NCBI GenBank assembly: GCA_016288295.1
Contig: JAEEYV010000052.1
Location: 8,626-72,625 of the forward strand
Direction of reading: 5' to 3'
Source of the DNA: Alphaproteobacteria bacterium
GTDB taxonomy: Bacteria > Pseudomonadota > Alphaproteobacteria > RF32 > CAG-239
DNA: 64,000 bases
Shown here: in pieces, positions 48,539-57,528 of the stretch
Layout: the number at the start of each line of letters is the position of its first letter
Position numbering within the stretch: position 1 is the first letter of the stretch
The notes under the pieces: model-generated
What the model was told of the DNA's origin: nothing
The model's input: the letters and a program-made list of their open reading frames with translations, nothing else
Database searches by the model: none
Made by a program: the position numbers and the translations under genes

Positions 48539-49618
48539 ATGAAAAAACTACTTTTAAGTTTATGTATGATTTTAGCACTTGTTGCGTGTAAAGATGAGAA
48601 AAAACAAACCGCACAAGCCCAAAATAAGCCCGTTGTTAAAATCGGTGTTAGTTTGCCATTGACAGGTGATATGAGTAATATTGGTACGGTACTAAAAGGA
48701 AGTGTCGATATTGCAAATCAGGATTTAACAAAAAGAAACTTAAGAAATCAATATCAATTTATCATAGAGGATAATGCCTTTGACCTTAAAAGGGTAGCAC
48801 TGGTTAATCAAAAACTTTTGAACGTGGATAAAGTTGATGCAATTATTGATTTTGCTTCTAAAATTGGTCTTGCTACTTCACCAATTGCAGAACAAAATAA
48901 AATTCTACATATTTCATCTTGCGCTTCAGACCCTAAAGTGGCTGAAGGAAAATATAATTTTATTCATTGGACCCAGACACCAAGCGAAGTTAAAAAACTT
49001 GTTGAGAAAATAGTTAATGAAAAGTTGGATAACATAGTTATTTTCACGGCAGTAGATCAAGCAACTCTAGAAATCTCAAGGAATTTACAACATTTACTAC
49101 AAATGAATGGTATTAATTTTAAGGAGATTAAAACAAATCCTAAAGAGTTGGACTTAAATTTGGTTTTGAATAATATTTCTTCTTATAATCCTGGCTTATA
49201 TGTACTGTTGGAATATTCTCCTACATTAGATGTTATTCTGAAAAGACTCGAAGAAAATCAAAACACTGTTCCAGTAACATCTATTGAAACATTTAGTTTT
49301 CTTGATGATAAAAAAGTTATAGAGGGATTCTGGTTTGTTGATGCTGCGGAACTGAATGATGATAACTACAAGAAATTTACTTCTTACAATAAATCCGAGA
49401 ACATTTTTGCCGTAGGTAATACGTATGATGCAATTATGCTATTGGTTGACGCTTTTGAAAAAGCCGAGACTAAAGAAAAAGCCGTAGAGAAATTATCTGA
49501 AATAAAAACATATCAAGGCGTTGTTGGACAGCTCTATCAGGATGATGATGGAATATTTAATTCTGAAGCAATTTTGAAGAAAATAGTTAATGGCAAACCA
49601 GTTAACATTAAGGAGTAA
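48539..49618 (+). CDS. Liv-type substrate-binding lipoprotein, paralog 10
   Basis: Start at ATG 48539 (MKKLLLSLCMILALVAC). Confidence 0.85.
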   Translation: MKKLLLSLCMILALVACKDEKKQTAQAQNKPVVKIGVSLPLTGDMSNIGTVLKGSVDIANQDLTKRNLRNQYQFIIEDNAFDLKRVALVNQKLLNVDKVDAIIDFASKIGLATSPIAEQNKILHISSCASDPKVAEGKYNFIHWTQTPSEVKKLVEKIVNEKLDNIVIFTAVDQATLEISRNLQHLLQMNGINFKEIKTNPKELDLNLVLNNISSYNPGLYVLLEYSPTLDVILKRLEENQNTVPVTSIETFSFLDDKKVIEGFWFVDAAELNDDNYKKFTSYNKSENIFAVGNTYDAIMLLVDAFEKAETKEKAVEKLSEIKTYQGVVGQLYQDDDGIFNSEAILKKIVNGKPVNIKE

Positions 49619-49622
49619 TAAT

Positions 49623-50702
49623 ATGAAAAAACTACTTTTAAGTTTATGTATGATTTTAGCACTTACTGCCTGCAAGGATGAAAACAAACAAACTGCACAA
49701 ACAAATAGCAAACCTGTTATTAAGATTGGTATTATTGCGCCATTAACCGGCAATGTGGCCATGGTCGGTGAGGGAATTAAGAGCTCTATTGTTTTGGCCG
49801 AAGAAGATTTGAAGACGAAAAATCTCAAAAATAAATACGAATTTGTTATTGAGGATGACGGTTACGAAGCCCGCAAAACTGCAGCAGTTTATCCCAAGTT
49901 AAAGTCACTGGATAAAGTTGATGCCATTTTGAGTACTTTCTCCCAAACCGGAAAAATTATTGCTCCTCGCGCTGAAGCCGACAAGATACTTCACATAAGC
50001 TTGTCATCTGATGCCGAAATTGCAAACGGCAAATATAACTTTTTGGACTGGACAATGCCTAAATACACTTCCGGTCGTATGGTTGAGTTTTACAAAAAGC
50101 ATGGATTCAAAAACATTATAGCCATTATACCTAACAATGATGGTACATTGAGTGTTGAAGAAAAATTTATGGAGTGGATAAACCAAAACAAAGATATGCA
50201 TGTAACCCGTTTTTTAGTTTCGCCGACAGAAACTGATTTTAGAACGATTCTTGCCAAAGCAGCTCAGAAAAAAGCAGATGTTTATCTGGCTATGGTGTAT
50301 GGCAATATAGCTGCTTCATTTTTTAAGCAATACAAAGAAAGCGGAGAAACAGCGCCAATCACGAGTATTGAAACTTTTGCCACTTTGTCTGATCCCTCAA
50401 TCGCTGAAGGTGCATATTATACAGATGCCGCTGTTGCTAACGATGATTTCATGGAAAGGCATCAGCAACGTTTCGGTCAAATTTCTCGATATGGTGTAGG
50501 TACAATGTATGACATGATTATGCTGACAGTTGAAGCTTTTGAAAATGCCAAAGATAAAAGTTCTGCTGTTGATGAATTGGCAAAGATAAAACAATACAAT
50601 GGCGTTGTCGGCACACTAACGCAAGATGATGAAGGTATTTTCAATTCTGAAGCGGTTTTGATGAAAATCGAAAACGGAAAAGTAATAAAGGTTGAGGAGT
50701 AA
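49623..50702 (+). CDS. Liv-type substrate-binding lipoprotein, paralog 11
   Basis: Start at ATG 49623 (MKKLLLSLCMILALTAC). Confidence 0.85.
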   Translation: MKKLLLSLCMILALTACKDENKQTAQTNSKPVIKIGIIAPLTGNVAMVGEGIKSSIVLAEEDLKTKNLKNKYEFVIEDDGYEARKTAAVYPKLKSLDKVDAILSTFSQTGKIIAPRAEADKILHISLSSDAEIANGKYNFLDWTMPKYTSGRMVEFYKKHGFKNIIAIIPNNDGTLSVEEKFMEWINQNKDMHVTRFLVSPTETDFRTILAKAAQKKADVYLAMVYGNIAASFFKQYKESGETAPITSIETFATLSDPSIAEGAYYTDAAVANDDFMERHQQRFGQISRYGVGTMYDMIMLTVEAFENAKDKSSAVDELAKIKQYNGVVGTLTQDDEGIFNSEAVLMKIENGKVIKVEE

Positions 50703-50706
50703 TAAT

Positions 50707-51801
50707 ATGAAAAAACTACTTTTAAGTCTGTGCGTACTTTTAGCACTCATCGCCTGCAAAGATGAGAAAAAAGAAGCTACACAAGCAAATATAAAACCAA
50801 TAGTAAAAATCGGCGCCTCGTTACCTCTGAGCGGAGATATGGCTGAAACAGGTAAAAACCTGCAATCAGCAATGTCTTTAGCATTAAAAGATGAGCAAGC
50901 CAGACAAAATCTGAAATATGAATACCAGCTTGTTTTTGAAGATGACCAATATGATGTTAAGAAGGCACTTAGTAATTGGAACCTGTTTAAATCAGTCAAA
51001 AATGTTGATGCAATATTTACTTTATGGGGGACGATGGGGCGCATTGCTTCTGATTTTGCGGAAAAAAATAAGATTATCCATATGAGTTGTGGCTTGTCTT
51101 CAGATGTTGCTAAAGGATTTTATAATTTTAATAATGCAACAAAACCGATTACTCATGCGGAAAAGATTGCAACTTTTTACCAAAGTAAAGGTGTCAAGAA
51201 TTTGGCTTTATTTTATTATAACTGCGCTGAGTTCGATGACTTTTTACCGCTCTTTCGCCAAAAACTGCAAGAAAAGGGAATTAATATCATATCAGAAACT
51301 GCCGTTAACTCCACGGACACTGATTTAACAATTCCGATGGCAAAAGTTAAAGAGCTTAATCCAGACATGTTACATGTTCAGCTTATTCCACCACAAGCAG
51401 GAATTTTTGCTAAAACCTTAAAAAAATTGGATTGGAACATAGAAATTGGTAATTTAAATGATTTGCTTTTAAGTGCAGATTATTTTGATGGAGCCTATAT
51501 TTTTCAAGATGACACTGGAACACCTGAATTTGGTAAGCATTTTGAAGAAACAACCGGACAACGCGTTATTGGTTGCTCCGCCAATTTCTACGATAATGTT
51601 CGCATGATTATTGATGCGTATGAGCATATCAGTAATGGCAAAACTTTGCCGACAAGAGAAGAAGTTGTATCTTATATTTTGAATAACAAGAATTTCAAAT
51701 CTTCGTTCAGACAATCCAACATTGATAATGAAGGACATATTGATACACCATCAATCGTTAAACAGCTAGAGAATGGAAAGCTAAAGGAAATAGAGGAATA
51801 A
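50707..51801 (+). CDS. Liv-type substrate-binding lipoprotein, paralog 12
   Basis: Start at ATG 50707 (MKKLLLSLCVLLALIAC). Confidence 0.85.
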   Translation: MKKLLLSLCVLLALIACKDEKKEATQANIKPIVKIGASLPLSGDMAETGKNLQSAMSLALKDEQARQNLKYEYQLVFEDDQYDVKKALSNWNLFKSVKNVDAIFTLWGTMGRIASDFAEKNKIIHMSCGLSSDVAKGFYNFNNATKPITHAEKIATFYQSKGVKNLALFYYNCAEFDDFLPLFRQKLQEKGINIISETAVNSTDTDLTIPMAKVKELNPDMLHVQLIPPQAGIFAKTLKKLDWNIEIGNLNDLLLSADYFDGAYIFQDDTGTPEFGKHFEETTGQRVIGCSANFYDNVRMIIDAYEHISNGKTLPTREEVVSYILNNKNFKSSFRQSNIDNEGHIDTPSIVKQLENGKLKEIEE

Positions 51802-51805
51802 ATAA

Positions 51806-52828
51806 ATGAAAAAAATACTTTTAAGCTTATGCGTAGTTTTGGCACTTACTGCTTGCAAAGATGAAAATAAAGAGCTCCAAGCAAATGAAAAGCCAGTTGT
51901 CAAAATTGGAATTATACTACCTCTTACAGGAGCAAATTCATATATGGGAAAACAAATGCAAGAGGGATATGAATTTGTTAAAGAATATGAACATCCTGAT
52001 GTTAATTATGAACTGATTTATTTTGATGACCAACAATCTGCTTCAAAAGCAGCGGTGGGGGTTAAAAAATTAATTGATGTTGATAAGGTAGATGCTCTGT
52101 TAACCGGAACTTCTCAAACTGCCAGTATTGCCGCAGATATTGCCGAAAAAACTAAAACAATTCATCTTGGAATATCAAGTGATACACGTTTTACTGAAAA
52201 AGACTATAATTATACCATGGCACCTGCCGCACAAGATGAGTCTGCTGTGTTGTTAAAATACATGCAAGATTTGGGATATCGCAACATTGCATTGATAACT
52301 GCCAACGAAATGTATGCCAATTTGGTTGAAGAGAATGTTACCAAATTAGCCGAAGAATATGGTATGCATATAGTTTTTAATGAAAAGTTTGTTCCCGGAG
52401 CCACAGATTATCGATTGTTGTTGCACAAAGCTGCACAAACTGAGCCGGATATCTTCTTTATAGAAACATTTCCACCGGAAATAGATATTTTAACCAAACA
52501 GTTGTTAGAAATTGATCCATCTGCCAAAATAACTTCTCAATATGCATTTTTTATATCTTCCAATCCTGACTTATACAAGGGGCGTTTCTGCCTAAATGTT
52601 GGAAGCAAAGACGAAGTGTTTAAAAAAGCCTTTTATCAAAAGTATGGTAAGGGACTTGAACAAATGTCGGCTACTGCTTATGCCCAGTTATCACTTATAT
52701 TAGATATTCTAAAGCGAAAAAATGATAGCTTAAATAAGATTGTTACAGAAAACAAAAGCATTTTTGGTCAATTGTCTTTGGATAATCGATCTGTAAGATA
52801 CCAACCCATTGTAGAAGTACTGGAGTAA
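51806..52828 (+). CDS. Liv-type substrate-binding lipoprotein, paralog 13 (shorter, 340 aa)
   Basis: LTAC lipobox, followed by KPVVKIGIILPLTGANSYMG. Confidence 0.85.
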   Translation: MKKILLSLCVVLALTACKDENKELQANEKPVVKIGIILPLTGANSYMGKQMQEGYEFVKEYEHPDVNYELIYFDDQQSASKAAVGVKKLIDVDKVDALLTGTSQTASIAADIAEKTKTIHLGISSDTRFTEKDYNYTMAPAAQDESAVLLKYMQDLGYRNIALITANEMYANLVEENVTKLAEEYGMHIVFNEKFVPGATDYRLLLHKAAQTEPDIFFIETFPPEIDILTKQLLEIDPSAKITSQYAFFISSNPDLYKGRFCLNVGSKDEVFKKAFYQKYGKGLEQMSATAYAQLSLILDILKRKNDSLNKIVTENKSIFGQLSLDNRSVRYQPIVEVLE

Positions 52829-52830
52829 TA

Positions 52831-53529
52831 ATGCTTGAACTAAAAAACATAAAAGCCGGATATGGTAAAAAGGTTGTACTGGACGATGTTTCCGTAACAT
52901 TGAAGGATAACACCATTACCGTAATTATGGGTGCAAACGGAGCCGGAAAATCAACACTGCTCAAAACAGCGTATGGCTTGTTAAAACCTATGGCGGGAGA
53001 TATTTTGCTCGATGATAAAAAAATTACCGCTTCTCCGCAATCATATGTAGAACAAGGTATTTTCTGTGTTCCGCAAGGAAAGCGTGTTTTTCGCAATCTT
53101 ACGGTTATGGAAAACCTTGAACTGGCAACCCATTTTTGGAAAGATAGATCGGCTTTTCCCCAACGTCTGGAAGAAATATTGATCCATTTTCCTGATTTGA
53201 AATCACGTTTAAGTGATTTGGCGGGAAATCTCTCCGGTGGCCAACAACAAATGGTTGCTTTGGCTCGCGGTCTGATTAACAAACCGCGTATGGTGTTTAT
53301 GGATGAACCTTCAATCGGTCTGGCTCCCAAGCTGACATCAGATACTTTTCATAAAATCAAAGAACTGAAAGATGCCACTGGAACCGCCTTTGTAATTGTG
53401 GAGCATAATCTCAAAACTTTACTTCCATTGACCGACTGGGCATATATCTTGGAGCAAGGTCAAGTTGTCTATGACGGCAAGTCGTCAGGCAAAACCCTGG
53501 AAAAAATGCTTTCCTCGGTGTTTAAATAA
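52831..53529 (+). CDS. livF: ABC transporter ATP-binding protein
   Basis: Walker A GANGAGKST, signature LSGGQQQ, Walker B VFMDEP. Confidence 0.85.
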   Translation: MLELKNIKAGYGKKVVLDDVSVTLKDNTITVIMGANGAGKSTLLKTAYGLLKPMAGDILLDDKKITASPQSYVEQGIFCVPQGKRVFRNLTVMENLELATHFWKDRSAFPQRLEEILIHFPDLKSRLSDLAGNLSGGQQQMVALARGLINKPRMVFMDEPSIGLAPKLTSDTFHKIKELKDATGTAFVIVEHNLKTLLPLTDWAYILEQGQVVYDGKSSGKTLEKMLSSVFK

Positions 53530-53558
53530 AATAGTTGAACTCAATGAAAGGTATTCAG

Positions 53559-54635
53559 ATGAAAAAAATTTTGCTAACATTGCTTATGATTTTAACGATA
53601 GCCGCCTGTGATGATAAAAAAGAAACAGCTAAGCCGATTATTAAAATAGGGGTAGTAGATGCTTTGAGCGATAAATATGCGGAAAACGGGCAGAACGTAC
53701 GACAAGTTATCGAATTTGCCAAAGAAAATTTTGCCTCTTCCGGTCTTGATTTTGAGTTCATATTTGAAGACTATGGATATGAAACAAAGCGCGCTGCAGT
53801 TGCGGCAAATAAACTAATTAATGCCGATAGGGTAGATGCGCTGATAAGCTGGAGCTCTATGGCCGGGAACGTAGTTTCGCCATTGGCAGACAGAGCAAAA
53901 AAGGTCCATTTAGCTATTTGTAATGATGAAAATGTTGCTAAAGGAAAGTATAATTTCACTCACTTTACGCCTTCTCAAATTCTGGCTCAAAAGTTGGTTA
54001 AGCAAATAGAAGATACAAAGGCACAAAAAGTTGCTTTGTTTGCAGTATATCAACCGGCATTACAAAAACATACCGATGCCGTTGAAAAAATACTGCAGGA
54101 AAAGGGGATCGCTACCGAACGTTTTAACTTCAGTATGGATAATTTGGATTTTGACCTAATGTTGGAAAAAGCTCAACAACATAATTTTGATGTTTGGTAT
54201 ATATGCGCTTTGCCACCTAGCTTAGATGTTTTCTTAAAAACATATTTTTCAAAAAAGATTGATACACCGCTAGTTGCAATTGATTCATTGCTTTTTGCTC
54301 AAGACAAAGCTTCTGTAGAAGGAATGAAATTTGTTACAACTCCTGACGGCAATAAAGAATTATTACAAAAACTGACAGCCACCAATGGTTCAACCAACTA
54401 TTTTTCAGTTGGATATGCTTATGATGTTGCCAACCTTTTAATGATGGCATATACAAATCTGTATAAAGAAAATAAACGTGTTCCGACATCCGATGAAGTT
54501 GCGGATTATTTGCTTCAACTCAAAGGATATAACGGAGCTGTAGGCGAACTGGTTATAGGTTCTGACGGCGTCATTATGTCGCCGGCCGTTGTAAAACAAA
54601 TGAAAAATGGACAACCTGTTGAAGTGGATGAATAA
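53559..54635 (+). CDS. Liv-type substrate-binding lipoprotein, paralog 14
   Basis: Start at ATG 53559 (MKKILLTLLMILTIAAC|D). Confidence 0.8.
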   Translation: MKKILLTLLMILTIAACDDKKETAKPIIKIGVVDALSDKYAENGQNVRQVIEFAKENFASSGLDFEFIFEDYGYETKRAAVAANKLINADRVDALISWSSMAGNVVSPLADRAKKVHLAICNDENVAKGKYNFTHFTPSQILAQKLVKQIEDTKAQKVALFAVYQPALQKHTDAVEKILQEKGIATERFNFSMDNLDFDLMLEKAQQHNFDVWYICALPPSLDVFLKTYFSKKIDTPLVAIDSLLFAQDKASVEGMKFVTTPDGNKELLQKLTATNGSTNYFSVGYAYDVANLLMMAYTNLYKENKRVPTSDEVADYLLQLKGYNGAVGELVIGSDGVIMSPAVVKQMKNGQPVEVDE

Positions 54636-54638
54636 AAA

Positions 54639-55145
54639 ATGAAAAAACTTATTGTTTTATTATGCTGTTTTGTAACCGGAATTGCCCACGCCTCTATCAA
54701 AGGTGAGGGGATCCATTTTGATGCTGATGAAGAATTTTTGTCGGCATTTGAAAATTGTATTCCTTATACTCCTATGGTTCGCAGTCGGGAAGAAATTACC
54801 CCAAAAGAGTTAGGCCCTGACTATGCGTACATTGAGGTTATCGGCCAACAGGGAGATAAATGTATTTTCAACTGGATTGGGCAGATGTCAACTCCGAGGT
54901 TATATTCAAAAGTAGTTAAACGTTGTACCATTACAATGGGTGAACAATTACCGATAATAGAGGGAATACAAAATATTCCCAATGATAAGGGTAGTAAATA
55001 CATGCATGCCTTAGATAAAGTTATGGATAATTGTAAAATGATAGAAGATATCACACTGCCAAATTCTGACGAAGATATTGATACAGGTTATATAACACTG
55101 CCGGAAAAAGACGGAAAAGTACAATTACCTGAAGGCTGCAGGTGA
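54639..55145 (+). CDS. hypothetical secreted protein; last gene of the liv-type operon
   Basis: The signal peptide is MKKLIVLLCCFVTGIAHA|S. It starts 3 nt after the preceding stop. Confidence 0.6.
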   Translation: MKKLIVLLCCFVTGIAHASIKGEGIHFDADEEFLSAFENCIPYTPMVRSREEITPKELGPDYAYIEVIGQQGDKCIFNWIGQMSTPRLYSKVVKRCTITMGEQLPIIEGIQNIPNDKGSKYMHALDKVMDNCKMIEDITLPNSDEDIDTGYITLPEKDGKVQLPEGCR

Positions 55146-55168
55146 TTTATAAATAACTACAAGACACA

Positions 55169-55204
55169 AAAATCCCCTTCAGGCGCTGAGCCGGAAGGGG
55201 ATTT
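55169..55204. terminator. Bidirectional terminator at the end of the liv-type operon
   Basis: aaatcccctt...aaggggattt stem. Confidence 0.7.
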
Positions 55205-55216
55205 CTGTAAAAGAGT

Positions 55217-55615
55217 TCACTTATAGTTAAGAAAAGTGATATTTTCGTTCAGTTTGATAAGTTTGGAAACGCGTTTATCCATGAACCATAACACAATAAA
55301 TAATATTCCCAATGCAATCCAATAGGATATACCGGCTATGCAAAGCGGATTCCAAAAGTTTTGGTATATGAACAATGAAACAAAGGAAGTTGTCAAAGCA
55401 ACAGCAAGTTGGATTAAATACCAAGACATCACCCAACGTCTAATGTTTTGTTGTTTTTTATAAGCTTTTACCACCTCATGATCGCAGGCATACAAAAATG
55501 CACGTTGTCGCTCATACTTATCAATTACGACATAACCATGGTCCGCCGGCTTCATATTAAATTTCTGTTGAAACAGATCAATGGCGTCACGCCTTTCTTT
55601 TTCTTCCATATACAA
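55217..55615 (-). CDS. hypothetical membrane protein (132 aa)
   Basis: ORF with two TM helices in the C-terminal half. Confidence 0.5.
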   Translation of the reverse strand: MYMEEKERRDAIDLFQQKFNMKPADHGYVVIDKYERQRAFLYACDHEVVKAYKKQQNIRRWVMSWYLIQLAVALTTSFVSLFIYQNFWNPLCIAGISYWIALGILFIVLWFMDKRVSKLIKLNENITFLNYK

Positions 55616-55784
55616 TAATATTTAGATAGTTAATAATTTAGTCATAATTCTCTTACAATCTGCACAATAAATAAAAAAACATCTAAAGTCAAGCGCTACT
55701 CTTGACAAAAATATAAAAAATGCTATAGTCAATGCAGATTTTAATTTTTTATTTATTTTTAATTTTCTTATTTATTTTTACCTT

Positions 55785-56093
55785 ATGGAACCTTTATTAT
55801 TAATAGAGTTGATAGTTGTAGTACTGGTGATTATCTGCTACATTGTTGCATTTTGGCTTCATTATGACAACATAATCGAGATGACGCATGGCAGTGAATA
55901 TGCCGATGATCACGAGGCTGGCATTATGCGAATCTTCAGAAATGTGGGTATTATACTGAACATTGGATTATTCCTACTATGCTTATTCTATGGTCAGATC
56001 ATCTTTGCAGTACTATCAGTTTTCGTTCCTGTTGTAGCTGCGTTTTTCATTTATATGTTCATAGACTTCATACTATGCATGATATTTGGTTGA
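55785..56093 (+). CDS. hypothetical membrane protein (102 aa)
   Basis: ORF with three hydrophobic helices. Confidence 0.45.
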   Translation: MEPLLLIELIVVVLVIICYIVAFWLHYDNIIEMTHGSEYADDHEAGIMRIFRNVGIILNIGLFLLCLFYGQIIFAVLSVFVPVVAAFFIYMFIDFILCMIFG

Positions 56094-56112
56094 AAAATGA
56101 CCTCTGGTTATA

Positions 56113-56153
56113 CAAACACCCCGTTGGTTCGTCCGGCGAGGTGTTTGATTTTT
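56113..56153 (+). terminator. Intrinsic terminator
   Basis: caaacaccccg...cgaggtgtttg stem followed by a T-run. Confidence 0.65.
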
Positions 56154-56262
56154 AAAAAACTTACAAAGTTAGAGTATGTTAGTATGTCGTTACAATTATC
56201 TCTCTTGTAATTATCACAATTTGGTTTATACTCTCTGCAATAGAGCTAAAACGGAGCGCACA

Positions 56263-57525
56263 ATGCCAAAATATACAATCATCGGCAACATGACAGGCAA
56301 TTCTATGGATGCGGTTGACTTGGTTTTGACTGAGTTTGATGGTGAAAATATGAGCGATATTTGCTCCTATACAAGTCCGTACTCCAAAGATATGCAAAAT
56401 GAAGTTGAACACCTGAGGAAACTTGTACATAACAAGACCGCTGCAGAAATTGACTCTTTTCCGGCGTTTCAAAAAATTCATGATGAATATATAGAACAGA
56501 TTGCCGAATGCATAAATTCTCTTTGCGCAGAAAATCATATTGATAAAAAGGCTATTGATGCCATAGGTTTCCACGGCAAAACATTGGATCACAATCCGCC
56601 GTCAAAAGCACTTAAAGAAGGTACAGAACCATATACATTACAAATCGGTTCTGGGCAGATGTTGGCTGATTTAACCGGTATTCCGGTTATTTATGATTTT
56701 CGTTCTGATTTTATAATGGCCGGATTTGATGGTGCGCCACTGGTCCCTCCACACAACGCCCTGATTGCCGGACTTGAGGGTGACGGCTGTTATTATAATG
56801 GTGGCAACACTTCTAATTTTGCAATTGTAGTCAATGAACAGCCACTTTTTGCAGCCGATGCCGGTCCTTTTAATGAATATACAGATAACTATATCCGCCG
56901 TCATACCGATCACTCGTTTGATAAAGATGGACAATTTGGAAAAGCCGGAAAACTCAACCGTCAAATGTTACAAAAACTTTTTGACTTCGGGCGTGTATAT
57001 TATGAAACAGCACTACCTAAATCAGGTGACCCCGCATACTACCATAAAGAAGAAATCTTCAACTATGTCGAAAGTCAAAATATCTCTTTTGCAGATGCCG
57101 TTTATACTTTTGAGTATTTTGCAGCCTACATTGCCGCGCAGGCTTTGACTCTTGTACCGAATAATATTCCGCTCCCATTTGACATGATTTTGTTTGGCGG
57201 TGGTTGGAAAAATCCGATTGTTCGCGATACCTTTGCTACTCTACTTGACAATAAGGCTTTTGTTTTACCTGAACATGAAGCACAATTTAGTCACATGACC
57301 TCTCGTTTTTTCCGTCATCCGACCTTACGCTTTTCAAAATTTGGCGACTATATGGAAGCCAGATTATTTGCCGACCTTGCCCGCTATAAGTTAGAAGGTA
57401 AGCCTTGGCCCATTCCTGAAACAGACAAAATTGTATGCGGAGTTTTAGCACGTCCGCAAAAACCACGCTCCAAATATTCAGACTGCGTTAGCCGAGCCGC
57501 AAAAGGCTGGCAGAAAGAGCTCTAA
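56263..57525 (+). CDS. anmK: anhydro-N-acetylmuramic acid kinase
   Basis: Start at ATG 56263 after GGAG. GNMTGNSMDAVD, GFHGKTL, DFRSDFIMAGFDGAPLVP and LFGGGWKNP align with AnmK blocks. Confidence 0.8.
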   Translation: MPKYTIIGNMTGNSMDAVDLVLTEFDGENMSDICSYTSPYSKDMQNEVEHLRKLVHNKTAAEIDSFPAFQKIHDEYIEQIAECINSLCAENHIDKKAIDAIGFHGKTLDHNPPSKALKEGTEPYTLQIGSGQMLADLTGIPVIYDFRSDFIMAGFDGAPLVPPHNALIAGLEGDGCYYNGGNTSNFAIVVNEQPLFAADAGPFNEYTDNYIRRHTDHSFDKDGQFGKAGKLNRQMLQKLFDFGRVYYETALPKSGDPAYYHKEEIFNYVESQNISFADAVYTFEYFAAYIAAQALTLVPNNIPLPFDMILFGGGWKNPIVRDTFATLLDNKAFVLPEHEAQFSHMTSRFFRHPTLRFSKFGDYMEARLFADLARYKLEGKPWPIPETDKIVCGVLARPQKPRSKYSDCVSRAAKGWQKEL

Positions 57526-57528
57526 TTC

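Noticed and set aside
37070-51044. A series of 78-142-aa minus-strand ORFs across SBP gene junctions (37070-37336, 38133-38447, 44091-44402, 45193-45432, 46287-46523, 49493-49828, 50616-51044). They share FFSSLQAV..I.HKLK.SFF.
   Set aside because: They are the antisense reading of the conserved signal-peptide/linker module of the SBP genes. Their apparent conservation comes entirely from the sense strand, and they have no independent start or RBS context.
52743-53330. 195-aa minus-strand ORF.
   Set aside because: It is fully antisense to livF, which has unambiguous Walker A, signature and Walker B motifs.
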